Source of the DNA: an uncultured Candidatus Binatia bacterium
GTDB lineage: Bacteria; Desulfobacterota; Binatia; UBA9968; JAJDTQ01
Length of the DNA stretch: 64,000 nt
Reading direction: 5' to 3'
Assembly (NCBI GenBank): GCA_965221155.1
Contig: OZ244869.1
Span: forward strand, 2,584,772 to 2,648,771
In this document: piece after piece, positions 17,208 to 26,196 of the stretch
Numbering within the stretch: position 1 is the first letter of the stretch
Layout: every line of letters begins with the position of its first letter
Notes under the pieces: model-generated
The model's input: only the letters and a program-made list of their open reading frames with translations
Told to the model about the DNA's origin: nothing
Databases searched by the model: none
Translations under genes and position numbers: made by a program

Positions 17208-17576
17208 CTACTCCCGGAAATGGCTATTGAGGATGTTCGCCGCGCGGTCTAGATCACGACTCTTATGTTGGTCGCGTTTCTTTTTGAGGCCGCTAGCAAC
17301 CACGAACTCTCGTGTCGGCGAAAATGCCCCGATAAACCGGATCTGAAACCTCTTGATCTCCCACAGTGCAATTCCCTGCCGCACGTCAAGCTTTTTGAAT
17401 TGCTCCTGAGACTCGATCCGGCCAAAGTCAGCCAATCGATTGAAGGTTGCTTGGACTCTGGCGCGCTCACGATTGTCCAGTTGCAAGAAGAATTCTTGGG
17501 CGGAGCTCTTTCCCGGCTTGTCGACCGCCCATAGAACTTCACCCCACGCACCTGATGCTGCAAACGGAATCTTCAC
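17208..17576 (-). CDS. HigB/Gp49-like (RelE/ParE superfamily) toxin
   Basis: 122 aa. Pattern 'W.V....GK.S.QEFF..L....RA.V...F.RL...G........ALWEIK.FQ.RF....S...FVV..G.KKKR' resembles the Gp49/HigB family (M. tuberculosis HigB1-type). First gene of a 3-gene minus-strand operon. Confidence 0.55.
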   Translation of the reverse strand: MKIPFAASGAWGEVLWAVDKPGKSSAQEFFLQLDNRERARVQATFNRLADFGRIESQEQFKKLDVRQGIALWEIKRFQIRFIGAFSPTREFVVASGLKKKRDQHKSRDLDRAANILNSHFRE

Positions 17577-17735
17577 ACCAAGGACTACATTGTTTATATA
17601 TAACTAAACTGGAGGTCAAGGACAATAGGGAGAAATAGGTTTTATCCTACAACCTGCGTGGCGACGGCTAAAACGGCAGCCTTATAAGTTACGCTTAGCG
17701 CGTCCCTCCCCTTTTTTACAACCCTGGGAGGGCCG

Positions 17736-19016
17736 TCAGCGCATCAGCCCCGGCAGCCAGATGGCGATGGGCGGGAACAGCATGACCAGGGCGAGGGCGA
17801 TGATGTTGATGAGCACGAAGGGGATGACGCCGCGGTAGATGGCGCCCAGGGTGACATCGGGCGGCGAGACTCCCTTGAGGACGAAGAGGTTCATGCCGAA
17901 GGGCGGGGTGATGAGCGACAGCTCGATGTTCACCATGGTGACGATGGCGAACCACAGGGGGTCGAGGCCCAGGGAGCGGATCACGGGGAAGAAGATCGGC
18001 ACGGTGATGAGCATGATGGAGATGGGCTCCATGAATGCCCCCATGATGAGGATGACGATCTGCATGCTGGCGATGATGAGCCACGGTGACACGGCCATCT
18101 CGGTGGCGAACGTCGAGAGGCCCATGGCGGCGCCGGAGTGGGCCAGGATCTGGCTGAAGGCGGTGGCGCTGGTGACGATAAGCAGGGCGAAACCGGAGAC
18201 CTCCACGGTTCCCACCAGTGCTTTCCGAAGGATCTCCCACGACAGGCGCCGGTAGGCCACACCCAGGAAGAAGGCTCCGGCCACGCCCATGGCGGCGGAT
18301 TCGCTGGGGGTGGCGATGCCGAAGAAGATCGATCCCAGGACCACCAGCACCAGCACCACCAGCGGCAGGAAGTACTTGAGCGCGGCCAGGCGCTCGCTCC
18401 AGGTGACCTTTTCGATCTCCACCGCCGGGGCGAGTTGCGGCCAGATGGTGCAGGCGACGACGATGTAGCCGAAAAGGAGTGTTGCCAGCAGGAGCCCCGG
18501 CAGGATCCCGCCGATCAGCAGGTCGCCCACCGAGAGCTGACTGATGCCGCCGAAGATGACCATGAGCGCGCTGGGCGGGATCAGCACGGCGAGGCCGCCG
18601 GAGGTGGCCAGGGTGCCCACGGCCAAACCGGTGTCGTAGCCTTGCTTGCGCATCTCGGGGATCAGGATCGTGCCCAGGGTGGCGGAGCTGGCCATGCTGG
18701 AGCCGCTGCCGGCGCCGAAAGCCGTTCCCGCCAGCACCGCCAGCACCGCGAGGCGCCCGGGAACCGCGCCCAACCACTTGCCGATGGAGTTGATGGCTAG
18801 GGCGGCGAGGCCCGAGTGGAGCACCAGCTCACCCATGAGGATGAACAGCGGCAGGGCGATGAAGGAGAAGGTCCCGACGCTCGTGAAGCTGCTCAAGGCC
18901 ACGGCCTGGAGCGCGCCCGTACCTACCAGCACGTAGAGGAACACGAGGTTCAGGACACCGAACGCGAACGCGATGGGGATGCCCGACGCCATCAGCAGGA
19001 TGAGGGCGCCGAACAT
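17736..19016 (-). CDS. dctM: TRAP transporter large permease subunit DctM
   Basis: Start trimmed to ATG 19016 (MFGALILLMASGIPIAFAFG...), ~426 aa, 12+ TM. The 544-aa ORF-track version reads through the dctQ stop in another frame. Confidence 0.85.
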   Translation of the reverse strand: MFGALILLMASGIPIAFAFGVLNLVFLYVLVGTGALQAVALSSFTSVGTFSFIALPLFILMGELVLHSGLAALAINSIGKWLGAVPGRLAVLAVLAGTAFGAGSGSSMASSATLGTILIPEMRKQGYDTGLAVGTLATSGGLAVLIPPSALMVIFGGISQLSVGDLLIGGILPGLLLATLLFGYIVVACTIWPQLAPAVEIEKVTWSERLAALKYFLPLVVLVLVVLGSIFFGIATPSESAAMGVAGAFFLGVAYRRLSWEILRKALVGTVEVSGFALLIVTSATAFSQILAHSGAAMGLSTFATEMAVSPWLIIASMQIVILIMGAFMEPISIMLITVPIFFPVIRSLGLDPLWFAIVTMVNIELSLITPPFGMNLFVLKGVSPPDVTLGAIYRGVIPFVLINIIALALVMLFPPIAIWLPGLMR

Positions 19017-19048
19017 AACGATCAGAACGATCCACCACTCGATGATAA

Positions 19049-19564
19049 TCAGAGGCCCCCTTCCCCGGGCGTGAGCGCCGCGGGCGCGCGCGACCCGGCA
19101 AGGATCCTGAACACGAAGGCGAGGCCCAGCCATGCGGCCCCGATGGGGATGATGACCAGCACCGGGAACTTCGGGAAGTTGAGCGCGGTGGAAAACCTGT
19201 ACCCGTTCTCGAACGCATGCCACGCCACCGCCCAGGCCTGCCACGTCAGGACGACGCAGTAAATGAGGCCGAGGACGTCGGTCACCACCCGCAGCCGACG
19301 TTGCGGCGCCGGCTTGAGCCGCACGGTCACAAGCTCGACCTTCACGTGGTGGTCGTTCATGAGGATCCACGCGGCAGGAACGAAGGTGAGATACACCAGC
19401 AGGTATTCGTTCATGTCGATGACCCAGATGGTGGGGGCGTGGAAGAGCAGGCGCGCGAAGACGTCATAGAGAATGGAGACAACCATCACCACGACGAAGG
19501 CGGCGGAGACGTAGCTCAGCACGTGGTTCGCCTTGTCAAAGGCGAGGTTCAGGGTCTTGAACAT
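19049..19564 (-). CDS. dctQ: TRAP transporter small permease subunit DctQ
   Basis: Start at ATG 19564 (MFKTLNLAFDKANHVL...), 4 TM helices, ~171 aa. Immediately upstream of dctM. Confidence 0.75.
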   Translation of the reverse strand: MFKTLNLAFDKANHVLSYVSAAFVVVMVVSILYDVFARLLFHAPTIWVIDMNEYLLVYLTFVPAAWILMNDHHVKVELVTVRLKPAPQRRLRVVTDVLGLIYCVVLTWQAWAVAWHAFENGYRFSTALNFPKFPVLVIIPIGAAWLGLAFVFRILAGSRAPAALTPGEGGL

Positions 19565-19644
19565 TGGGGGAGTCGTGGGCGGCGGCTGCCGGCCGGCCAT
19601 ATCACACAGACCGGCAGCCGCGCTTCACGTCCGGACGGCCCGGA

Positions 19645-20661
19645 TCAGTTGTAGGGCGCCAGGGCCTTCTGGAGCCGCGCTCCGAAGTCGGGCGATTGCT
19701 TGAGCAGGTCGGCCCAGTAGGCGTTGCGGGCGTCGGTGAGCCGCTTCTTGGCGGCGTCGTCGACCTCGATGAGCTTCATGCCGTTGGCCTGCAGCTTCTT
19801 GATCGAGTTCTGATCGGACTGATGGTAGTAGTTGAGGACCTCCGCCTCCATCGCCAGAGACGTCTCCGTGAGCACCTTCTTCACCGCATCCGGCCACTTG
19901 TCCCAGGCCCGCGTGGCGACGTAGATGCCGCCGGGCGAAAGCTGGATGGGCGTGGAGATCATGGCCTTGTAGACGTCCCGTTCACCGAAGCTCCAGGCAT
20001 CGTCCGGCGCCCGGTAGGCTCCGTCCACGACACCGCGCTGCAACGCCGTGTAGAGCTCGTTGGCCGGGATGGTCTGGGGAGAGCCCCCGAGAAACTGGAT
20101 GGCTTTCGCGTCCTGGGCGCCGGATGCGCGGATCCGCTTGCCCTTGAGACCGTCGAGGCTGGTGATGGGCTTGGCCATCAGGAAACGGAACCCGGTTCCG
20201 CCCACCGTGATGCCGACGAAGCGCACGCCCGATTTCTTGGCGTAGGCCTCATTGATGATCTCCAGGGCGCCGCTGTTGCGCAGGGCCTCCAGGTAACGCT
20301 TCAGGTTGGTGGGGGCGATGAGATACATGGCCGCGGCTTCAATGGTCTCGCCCACGTAGTAGGCGCCCGCGGAGTGGGTCATGTCCGCGATGCCCGTGCG
20401 CAGCGCCTGAAGCTGCTCGAACGCCGGGGCCACCTCGGGCCCGCCGAGGAGGCGGATATGCACCACGTCCTTGCCGTTCTTGTTCACACGTTCGATGTAC
20501 TTCTTGTACATGAGGTCGCAGTTGCAACTCAGGGGCCAGGCCGCGATGGCGCGGATCACCACAGGCTTCGCATGGGCTGGCGCGGCGGCGGTCAGGGTCC
20601 ACAGGGGGACGGCCAGCAGGAGGGCGAGCAGAGAGACTCTCAGACAGGGTTTCATACGCAT
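19645..20661 (-). CDS. dctP: TRAP transporter substrate-binding protein DctP family
   Basis: Signal peptide MRMKPCLRVSLLALLLAVPLWTLTAAAPAHA. DctP-type SBP length and blocks. Upstream of dctQM in same orientation. Confidence 0.85.
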   Translation of the reverse strand: MRMKPCLRVSLLALLLAVPLWTLTAAAPAHAKPVVIRAIAAWPLSCNCDLMYKKYIERVNKNGKDVVHIRLLGGPEVAPAFEQLQALRTGIADMTHSAGAYYVGETIEAAAMYLIAPTNLKRYLEALRNSGALEIINEAYAKKSGVRFVGITVGGTGFRFLMAKPITSLDGLKGKRIRASGAQDAKAIQFLGGSPQTIPANELYTALQRGVVDGAYRAPDDAWSFGERDVYKAMISTPIQLSPGGIYVATRAWDKWPDAVKKVLTETSLAMEAEVLNYYHQSDQNSIKKLQANGMKLIEVDDAAKKRLTDARNAYWADLLKQSPDFGARLQKALAPYN

Positions 20662-20685
20662 CTTGTACCTCCGGTTATGCTCCGT

Positions 20686-21186
20686 TCAGATCGCCTCGTA
20701 GGGATAGCGCTTCACCTTCGCCATGTTCTTGCCCTCGATCCGAATCAGCTTGGTGGTGTCGGTGCGATAGGGCGAGTGCAGGTCTCCCTCGTTGTAGAGA
20801 TGCGCCATGCCCGGCTTGAGGGTGTACGTGCGCAGCTTGCGGGCCTTGCCTTTCTTCCCGTCGTCCGCGGGCTCGACCTTCTCCCAGTCGGTCATCTCGG
20901 TCTCGCCCGCAGCCTGGCCGTAGATGGCCCAGGCGGGACCGTGGTCGTGGGGGTTGCTCCCCTTGGCGCCTTTGTTGTGGTGGGCCAGGATGCAGAAACC
21001 CAGTTCGGGATCCTCGTAGATCACCTTGCGTTCGGGTTGGTCCTCTTCGATGTGCGTATTGACGAACTCCTCGTCCCGGCACATCTTCTCGACCAGCGAA
21101 ACCACCTTCTGGCGCCCTTCGGGTCCGGGCTCCGCCTTGAGAATACGATGACAATCCGTAGCGAACTGCTCCAACGTTCGGCTCAT
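20686..21186 (-). CDS. cupin-fold metalloprotein, cysteine-dioxygenase-like (putative)
   Basis: 166 aa. Cupin motif 1 'ILAHHNKG...HDHGPAWAIYGQAAGE', motif 2 'LKPGMAHLYNEGDLHSP' (3-His pattern). Confidence 0.4.
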   Translation of the reverse strand: MSRTLEQFATDCHRILKAEPGPEGRQKVVSLVEKMCRDEEFVNTHIEEDQPERKVIYEDPELGFCILAHHNKGAKGSNPHDHGPAWAIYGQAAGETEMTDWEKVEPADDGKKGKARKLRTYTLKPGMAHLYNEGDLHSPYRTDTTKLIRIEGKNMAKVKRYPYEAI

Positions 21187-21308
21187 GATACGACTCCTTC
21201 AAACCTAACTCGGGGCCATCCATACGGTCCCGAGGAAACTTGTGGATGCAACCCTTCTACGCCTTCCCCCGCGAGAGTGTCAAGCCGAGGCTCAACTTCC
21301 CCTGCACC

Positions 21309-21400
21309 CGTCATTCCCGCGAAAACGTGTGTGTGAAAACTCAATTCGAGAGAGGCAACGGCCCCCGAAATCGTCATTCCCGCGAAAGCGGGAATCCAGG
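21309..21400. repeat. tandem palindromic repeat family E (unit core GTCATTCCCGCGAAAGCGGGAATCC), 1.5 units
   Basis: Same ~60-bp unit 'cgtcattcccgcgaaa(a/g)cg..tgtgt.aaaac...gagaggcaacg.cccccgaaa' recurs as a longer array at 63038-63360. Confidence 0.75.
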
Positions 21401-21437
21401 CGGGGTGGGGCGGGCGGTCCGGGACCGGGAACCCCTC

Positions 21438-22430
21438 CTACTCCGCCCACCCCACGATGGGCGTGAACAGGCTTTCCAGCGGCGGCCGTGGTTCCGCCAC
21501 GAACGCCTGCTCCACGAGATACTGCATGAACGTGTCCAGGCTGGCGCGGTTGGCTTCCACCCCGTAGGGGTAGGGGTCGCCGCCGAACAGCTCGCGGATT
21601 TCGTCCAGCTCCGCGTTCAGCCACGGAACCATGTACGCCATGGCACCCGTGAAGCTCATGTGGTCCAGTGCCCATGCCTTGGCCGCCTGGAAGGCCTTGA
21701 ACATGCTCTCGGCGATCCACGGATGCCGGACGTGCAACTCCTCCCGCATCACGATGGTGTGCATGATGGGAAAGATGCCGGTTTCCCGGAAGTAGTCCCG
21801 TTCAACACGCCGGTAGTAGGGGAAGAGCCTGCCGATGGCCGGATGGCTGCCCAGGGCGTCCGGTTGCCGGGCGCCGAGGTAGGCGGCGATGTCGCCTTCC
21901 ACCAGCAGGTCGTTGATGGACTTGTCCGCCGGCGCCGGCTCGATGTCCACGGTGCCGGCGGGCCGCAGGTCCATCTCGTCGTCCGGCGGCCGCGGCGTGT
22001 TGACGCCGCCCTCCACCCAGCGAATGGAGGAGAGGTCTACGCCGTGCCGGTGCTGCAGGATGCCGCGGATCAGCACGGCCGCGGTCTGGCCGTACTCTTG
22101 AACCCCGACGCGTTTGCCGTTGAGGTCCTTGGGCTCGGCGATACCCTGGTCCCGGTTCACGTATATGTAGGCGTGGCGGAAGAGCCGCGACGGAAACACC
22201 GGCAGCGCGATGAACGGGAACGAGCCCCGGGACCGCCGGGTCAGGTAGGTGGAAAGTGACATCTCGCACAGGTCGAAAGCTTTCGTCTTGACCATTCGGG
22301 AGAAGATCTCCGGCGGCGACTGGATCTGCAGGCAGGTGACGTCGATGCCCTCCGGCTGGACGACGCCTTTGGCGATGGCTTCGACCCGGTCATACGGCCC
22401 GGTGGCCAGGGTCAATGACAGATTTCCCAA
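21438..22430 (-). CDS. PhtD-like / NMT1-THI5-like fold protein (family commonly annotated '4,5-dihydroxyphthalate decarboxylase'), paralog 1
   Basis: 330 aa, no signal peptide. Shares blocks with paralogs at 28057-29067 and 42763-43737 (e.g. 'AIPVFPSR.F', 'GKR.GV.EYQQTAA', 'FPIMH.V'). Confidence 0.6.
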   Translation of the reverse strand: MGNLSLTLATGPYDRVEAIAKGVVQPEGIDVTCLQIQSPPEIFSRMVKTKAFDLCEMSLSTYLTRRSRGSFPFIALPVFPSRLFRHAYIYVNRDQGIAEPKDLNGKRVGVQEYGQTAAVLIRGILQHRHGVDLSSIRWVEGGVNTPRPPDDEMDLRPAGTVDIEPAPADKSINDLLVEGDIAAYLGARQPDALGSHPAIGRLFPYYRRVERDYFRETGIFPIMHTIVMREELHVRHPWIAESMFKAFQAAKAWALDHMSFTGAMAYMVPWLNAELDEIRELFGGDPYPYGVEANRASLDTFMQYLVEQAFVAEPRPPLESLFTPIVGWAE

Positions 22431-22507
22431 GATTGTTTCCTCCGTGATATAGGTTTCCTGCAGCCGACGGGTGCCTCAAGACCCGCCGGCGAATCGGACA
22501 GGGATCG

Positions 22508-23440
22508 ATGGACGTATACGGATCGTCGCGCCGGGTGCCGGATCATTGCGATATTGTTGACGGGCTGGGCCGCGAGCAGCGGCGCGGCCTGCTGCAGCGC
22601 TCCGATCTCAAGGGCCTTCTCCACCTTGCCGCCCATCTGGCGGCGCTCGGGGTCACCGGCTCCCTCATCGCGCTCAAGGCGCCCGGCTGGCCGGTGCTGC
22701 TGCCGTTCCACGGCATCCTGCTGGTCTTCCTGTTCTGCCTGCAGCATGAGGCGGTGCACAAAACGCCGTTCCGCAGCGCCGGGCTCAATGCGGCGGCGGC
22801 CTGGGGCGCCGGGCTTGTCAGTGTGTTGCCGCCGGTCTGGTTTCAACATTTCCACATGGATCATCACCGCTACACCCACGATCCGGCGCGTGACCCGGAG
22901 CTGGCCCGGCCGTTGCCGCGGTCGAAGGCCGGCCTCGCCTGGTATCTTGCCGGCGGCCCTTACTGGTGCGGCCAGATGCGCACGCTGCTGGTCAACGCCG
23001 CCGGTCTGAACCGCGACGCTTTCATCCCGCAGCCGGCGCGGGCCGCGGTGGCGCGGGAAGCCCGTTTGTTCCTCGTTATCTACCTCGCTGCCGCGGCGGT
23101 TTCGATCTTCTTCGGCACCGCGGCCCTGTTGTGGCTCTGGCTGCTGCCGGCGCTTCTGGGCCAGCCCTTCCTGCGCCTCTATCTGCTCGCCGAGCACACC
23201 GGCTGCCCTCATGTATCCAACATGCTGGAGAACACGCGCACGACTCTCACCACTCGGCTGGTGCGTTTTCTCGCCTGGAACATGCCCTACCATGTCGAGC
23301 ACCACACCTATCCGGCCGTGCCGTTCCACAAGCTGCCCGCGTTCCACGACGTCCTTCGCGACCATCTGACCGTCACCGCAAACGGCTATGTTGCCGCGAC
23401 GCGGGCGACGACCGCCGCCGTTCTGCGCGGGGCAGCGTGA
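22508..23440 (+). CDS. fatty acid desaturase family membrane protein (di-iron, His-box)
   Basis: Three His boxes: HEAVH, HMDHHRYTH, HVEHH. Multiple TM helices. Start codon uncertain (possible alternative start). Confidence 0.75.
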   Translation: MDVYGSSRRVPDHCDIVDGLGREQRRGLLQRSDLKGLLHLAAHLAALGVTGSLIALKAPGWPVLLPFHGILLVFLFCLQHEAVHKTPFRSAGLNAAAAWGAGLVSVLPPVWFQHFHMDHHRYTHDPARDPELARPLPRSKAGLAWYLAGGPYWCGQMRTLLVNAAGLNRDAFIPQPARAAVAREARLFLVIYLAAAAVSIFFGTAALLWLWLLPALLGQPFLRLYLLAEHTGCPHVSNMLENTRTTLTTRLVRFLAWNMPYHVEHHTYPAVPFHKLPAFHDVLRDHLTVTANGYVAATRATTAAVLRGAA

Positions 23441-23702
23441 GGGCGGCATCGTTGTATTCGTGGCTTGCCTTTCCGTCCGCAATCTCGCGATGATCCTCCC
23501 GTGACCCCTCAATCGCGGCCTTCAGGCTCATTTCCCATTGGCAGCCCTCATTTTGCATCGGCCCCGTGCAGCCGATATGATGCGGCGCACATGCGGTAGG
23601 ACCACGGGCGGCAACGGCCCGTGGAGTTCGAGGCAGCTTTTCAAAGTCGGGTTGAAACTGCAAGCTTCAACCCCGGCGCCCATCGGGAGGTCTTGCAGGC
23701 AT

Positions 23703-24692
23703 ATGGAATTCAGTGTTCACAGTCCCAACGGCGGCATGAAGGAAGTGTCCCGGATCCGGGAACGGGTGGTGCGAGCGGAGCAGCTCGGCTTCGAGGGTGT
23801 GTACTTGGGCTCAAGTCAGCTCAGCACCCCGGAGCCTTTTCAGGTGCTGGCCTGCTGCGCCGTGGCCACGAGCCGCATAAAGCTCGGCACGGCCGTAACC
23901 AACATGGTTTACCAGGAGCCCACGGTTCTGGCCGGCTCGGCCGCGACCTTGAGCGAGATCTCCGACGGCCGGGCGGTGCTCGGACTCGGCACCGGCGACG
24001 GCCCGGTGTACGCCATGGGCCGGAAGGCCACCCGGCTGAAGGAGTTCGAGGAAGGCATCCGTACCATCCGCATGTTGCTGCAGGGCGGCGTGCTGGAGAC
24101 CCCCACGAGCCGCGTGCGGGTGAACTACCGGCTGGTGCCGGTGCCGGTGTACCTGTCCATGGAAGGCCCACGGGGGCTGCGGCTGGCGGGGCGGGTAGCC
24201 GACGGCGTGTTTCTGGGCAGCGGGGTGGAGCCCCGGGCCGTGGGCTGGGCGCTGGCGCGTATCGCGGAGGGAGCGGCCGAGGCCGGGCGCTCGCCGGACG
24301 AGATCACTACTCTCGCCGCCGGCATGGTGTGCATCAAGGAAGACGGGGACGAGGCGCGCCAGATCGTGCGCCGCCGCCTGGCCAACCGCGCGCACCACAA
24401 CTTCCAGGCCACCGTGGAAACCGTGCCCGAGGAGGAGCTTGCCGCCGTCAAGAAGTTCATGGACGCCTTCGACCAGTCCAAGCCCATGGAGGAACGCTCC
24501 GACCCGGCGTTGATCACCGACTATCTCGTGCGGCGCTTCGCCATTGCCGGCACGGCCAAGGAGTGCATCGCGCGGCTGGAGGAACTGTCGGACGCCGGCG
24601 TCGGGCGGGTGATGCTGACCCCCGCCCGGGCCGTTTACGAGGAGACGGTGGAGGCGCTGGCCAGGGAAGTGATGCCGGAGTTTCGGGGTTAG
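23703..24692 (+). CDS. LLM-class (F420/flavin-dependent) oxidoreductase
   Basis: Start at ATG 23703 after GGGAGG. Luciferase-like TIM-barrel blocks (GFEGVYLGSSQL..., 'RAVLGLGTGDG'). Confidence 0.85.
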   Translation: MEFSVHSPNGGMKEVSRIRERVVRAEQLGFEGVYLGSSQLSTPEPFQVLACCAVATSRIKLGTAVTNMVYQEPTVLAGSAATLSEISDGRAVLGLGTGDGPVYAMGRKATRLKEFEEGIRTIRMLLQGGVLETPTSRVRVNYRLVPVPVYLSMEGPRGLRLAGRVADGVFLGSGVEPRAVGWALARIAEGAAEAGRSPDEITTLAAGMVCIKEDGDEARQIVRRRLANRAHHNFQATVETVPEEELAAVKKFMDAFDQSKPMEERSDPALITDYLVRRFAIAGTAKECIARLEELSDAGVGRVMLTPARAVYEETVEALAREVMPEFRG

Positions 24693-24835
24693 CGCCGTCC
24701 CGGTGGAAATCGCCCACGCCGTGAGCGATATTCGCCCAGGTGATGGGCGATATGCATTGCCTGCCTCGGTTCGCTGGAGTTTCGGACGTGAGGGAGAAGG
24801 GTAGGCTTTTGTCGAGCCCGAAGGGAAGCCGGTCC

Positions 24836-25849
24836 ATGCGATTCTACGTAAACATCCTTTCCACCTACTACCCCGACCTCGACCCGCCCTACGGGGTCTA
24901 CTACCGGCAGATGCTGGAACAGATCGAGCTGGCCGAGGAGTTGGGTTTCGAATGTTTCATGTTCAACGAGCACCACTTCCTGGGTTATGGCGGCCTCATC
25001 GCCAACCCGGCGGTGATGCTGGCCGCGGCGGCTGCCAGGACATCCAGGATCCGCCTGGGCCCCTGCATCGCCATTCTGAGCGTGCGGCACCCCCTTCAGG
25101 TGGCCGAGGACTACGCCATGGTGGATGCCGTCTCGGGCGGACGGCTGGAGTTTGGCATCGGGCTCGGCAACACGGCGCTGGACTACCGGGTTTTCGAGAC
25201 GCCGCAAGCAGAAGGACGCGCGCGGTATCAGGAGGCCCACGACGTCATCGTCAAGGCATGGACCCACGACCGCTTCAGCCACGAGGGGGAGTTCTGGAAG
25301 TTCGAGGAGATCACCCTCTATCCGCGGCCCGTGCAGCAGCCGTTGCCGGTGATGTGGGTGGCAGGCACCTCGCCCGAGGGACTCGGATGGGCCGGCCGCA
25401 AGGGCTATCACATCATGACCGTGGGCCATCCCCATCCGCCGGACAAGGTGCGCGCGGGCGTGGAGGCTTGGCGGGAAGGACTCGTGGCCACGGGACGCGA
25501 CCCCAAGGACTACCACTGCCAGTACCACCTGCGCACCTACGTCCACGAGAAAGCCGCGACGGCGCAGGAGATCGGACAGCAGGCGATCTCACGCTACGAG
25601 GCGATCTCACGGATCCAGCGCAAGGCGCCGCTGCCGCCGGGCTACGTGTACGACTGGAAGGGGATGCTGGAAACCGGACGCAACCTCTACGGCGACCCGG
25701 ATCAGTGCATCGAGATCATCAACAACGCCCGCCGCCACTACGACTTCGACACCCTGACCCACAACTTCAACTTCGGCGGCCTGCCGCACGAGGATGTCAA
25801 GAAGTCCATGCGCCTCTTCGCGCGGGAAGTCATGCCCGCGTTCCGCTAG
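24836..25849 (+). CDS. LLM-class flavin-dependent oxidoreductase
   Basis: Start at ATG 24836. 'LGFECFMFNEHHF', 'RLEFGIGLGNTALDY'. 337 aa. Confidence 0.85.
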   Translation: MRFYVNILSTYYPDLDPPYGVYYRQMLEQIELAEELGFECFMFNEHHFLGYGGLIANPAVMLAAAAARTSRIRLGPCIAILSVRHPLQVAEDYAMVDAVSGGRLEFGIGLGNTALDYRVFETPQAEGRARYQEAHDVIVKAWTHDRFSHEGEFWKFEEITLYPRPVQQPLPVMWVAGTSPEGLGWAGRKGYHIMTVGHPHPPDKVRAGVEAWREGLVATGRDPKDYHCQYHLRTYVHEKAATAQEIGQQAISRYEAISRIQRKAPLPPGYVYDWKGMLETGRNLYGDPDQCIEIINNARRHYDFDTLTHNFNFGGLPHEDVKKSMRLFAREVMPAFR

Positions 25850-25855
25850 TGTGGT

Positions 25856-26026
25856 GTCTCACAAATACGCTTATGAATCTGCGAGGGCATTTTGGTTGTC
25901 GGCAAGGCGTCCTTCGACTCCGCTTCGCTACGCTCAGGACGAGCAGTGGCGTGCACCACGCGAGGAAGAGCAACGCAGCCGACGGCCAAAAGGACCCGCA
26001 GATTCATAAGCGTATTTGTGAGACAC
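25856..26026. repeat. MITE-like element family F, copy 2 (inverted relative to copy 1)
   Basis: TIRs 'cacaaatacgcttatgaatctgcg' at 25860-25884 and inverted at 25997-26021. Internal family-C palindrome 'ccttcgactccgcttcgctacgctcaggacga'. Confidence 0.8.
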
Positions 26027-26067
26027 CACACTAGGCTCTTGTATCGGCCATAGCGCGGTCCGGGAAC

Positions 26068-26162
26068 GGGCGGGTTTGAAACCCGCCCCTACATCGGATG
26101 TCGGATGCGGAGGCCTACGAGGCCCGATGAGCCAGTGTAGGGGCGGGTTTCAAACCCGCCCG
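26068..26162. repeat. REP family A inverted pair (GGGCGGGTTTGAAACCCGCCCCTAC ... GTAGGGGCGGGTTTCAAACCCGCCC)
   Basis: Two 25-bp palindromic units in inverted orientation separated by ~45 bp. Confidence 0.85.
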
Positions 26163-26196
26163 TTCCCGGACCCACTGCCCCGCTCGGGACAGGCTC

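Noticed and set aside
17736-19370. 544-aa version of the dctM ORF
   Set aside because: N-terminal 118 residues are an out-of-frame read across the dctQ gene (Arg/Gly-rich). Trimmed to the ATG at 19016, which gives a canonical ~426-aa DctM.
21242-21466. ORFs translating to '...SFPRKRV...IRERQRPPKSSFPRKRESR...' here and again at 63059-63412
   Set aside because: Both are translations of the family-E tandem repeat (same nucleotide unit yields the same peptide). The recurrence reflects repeat identity, not a protein family.
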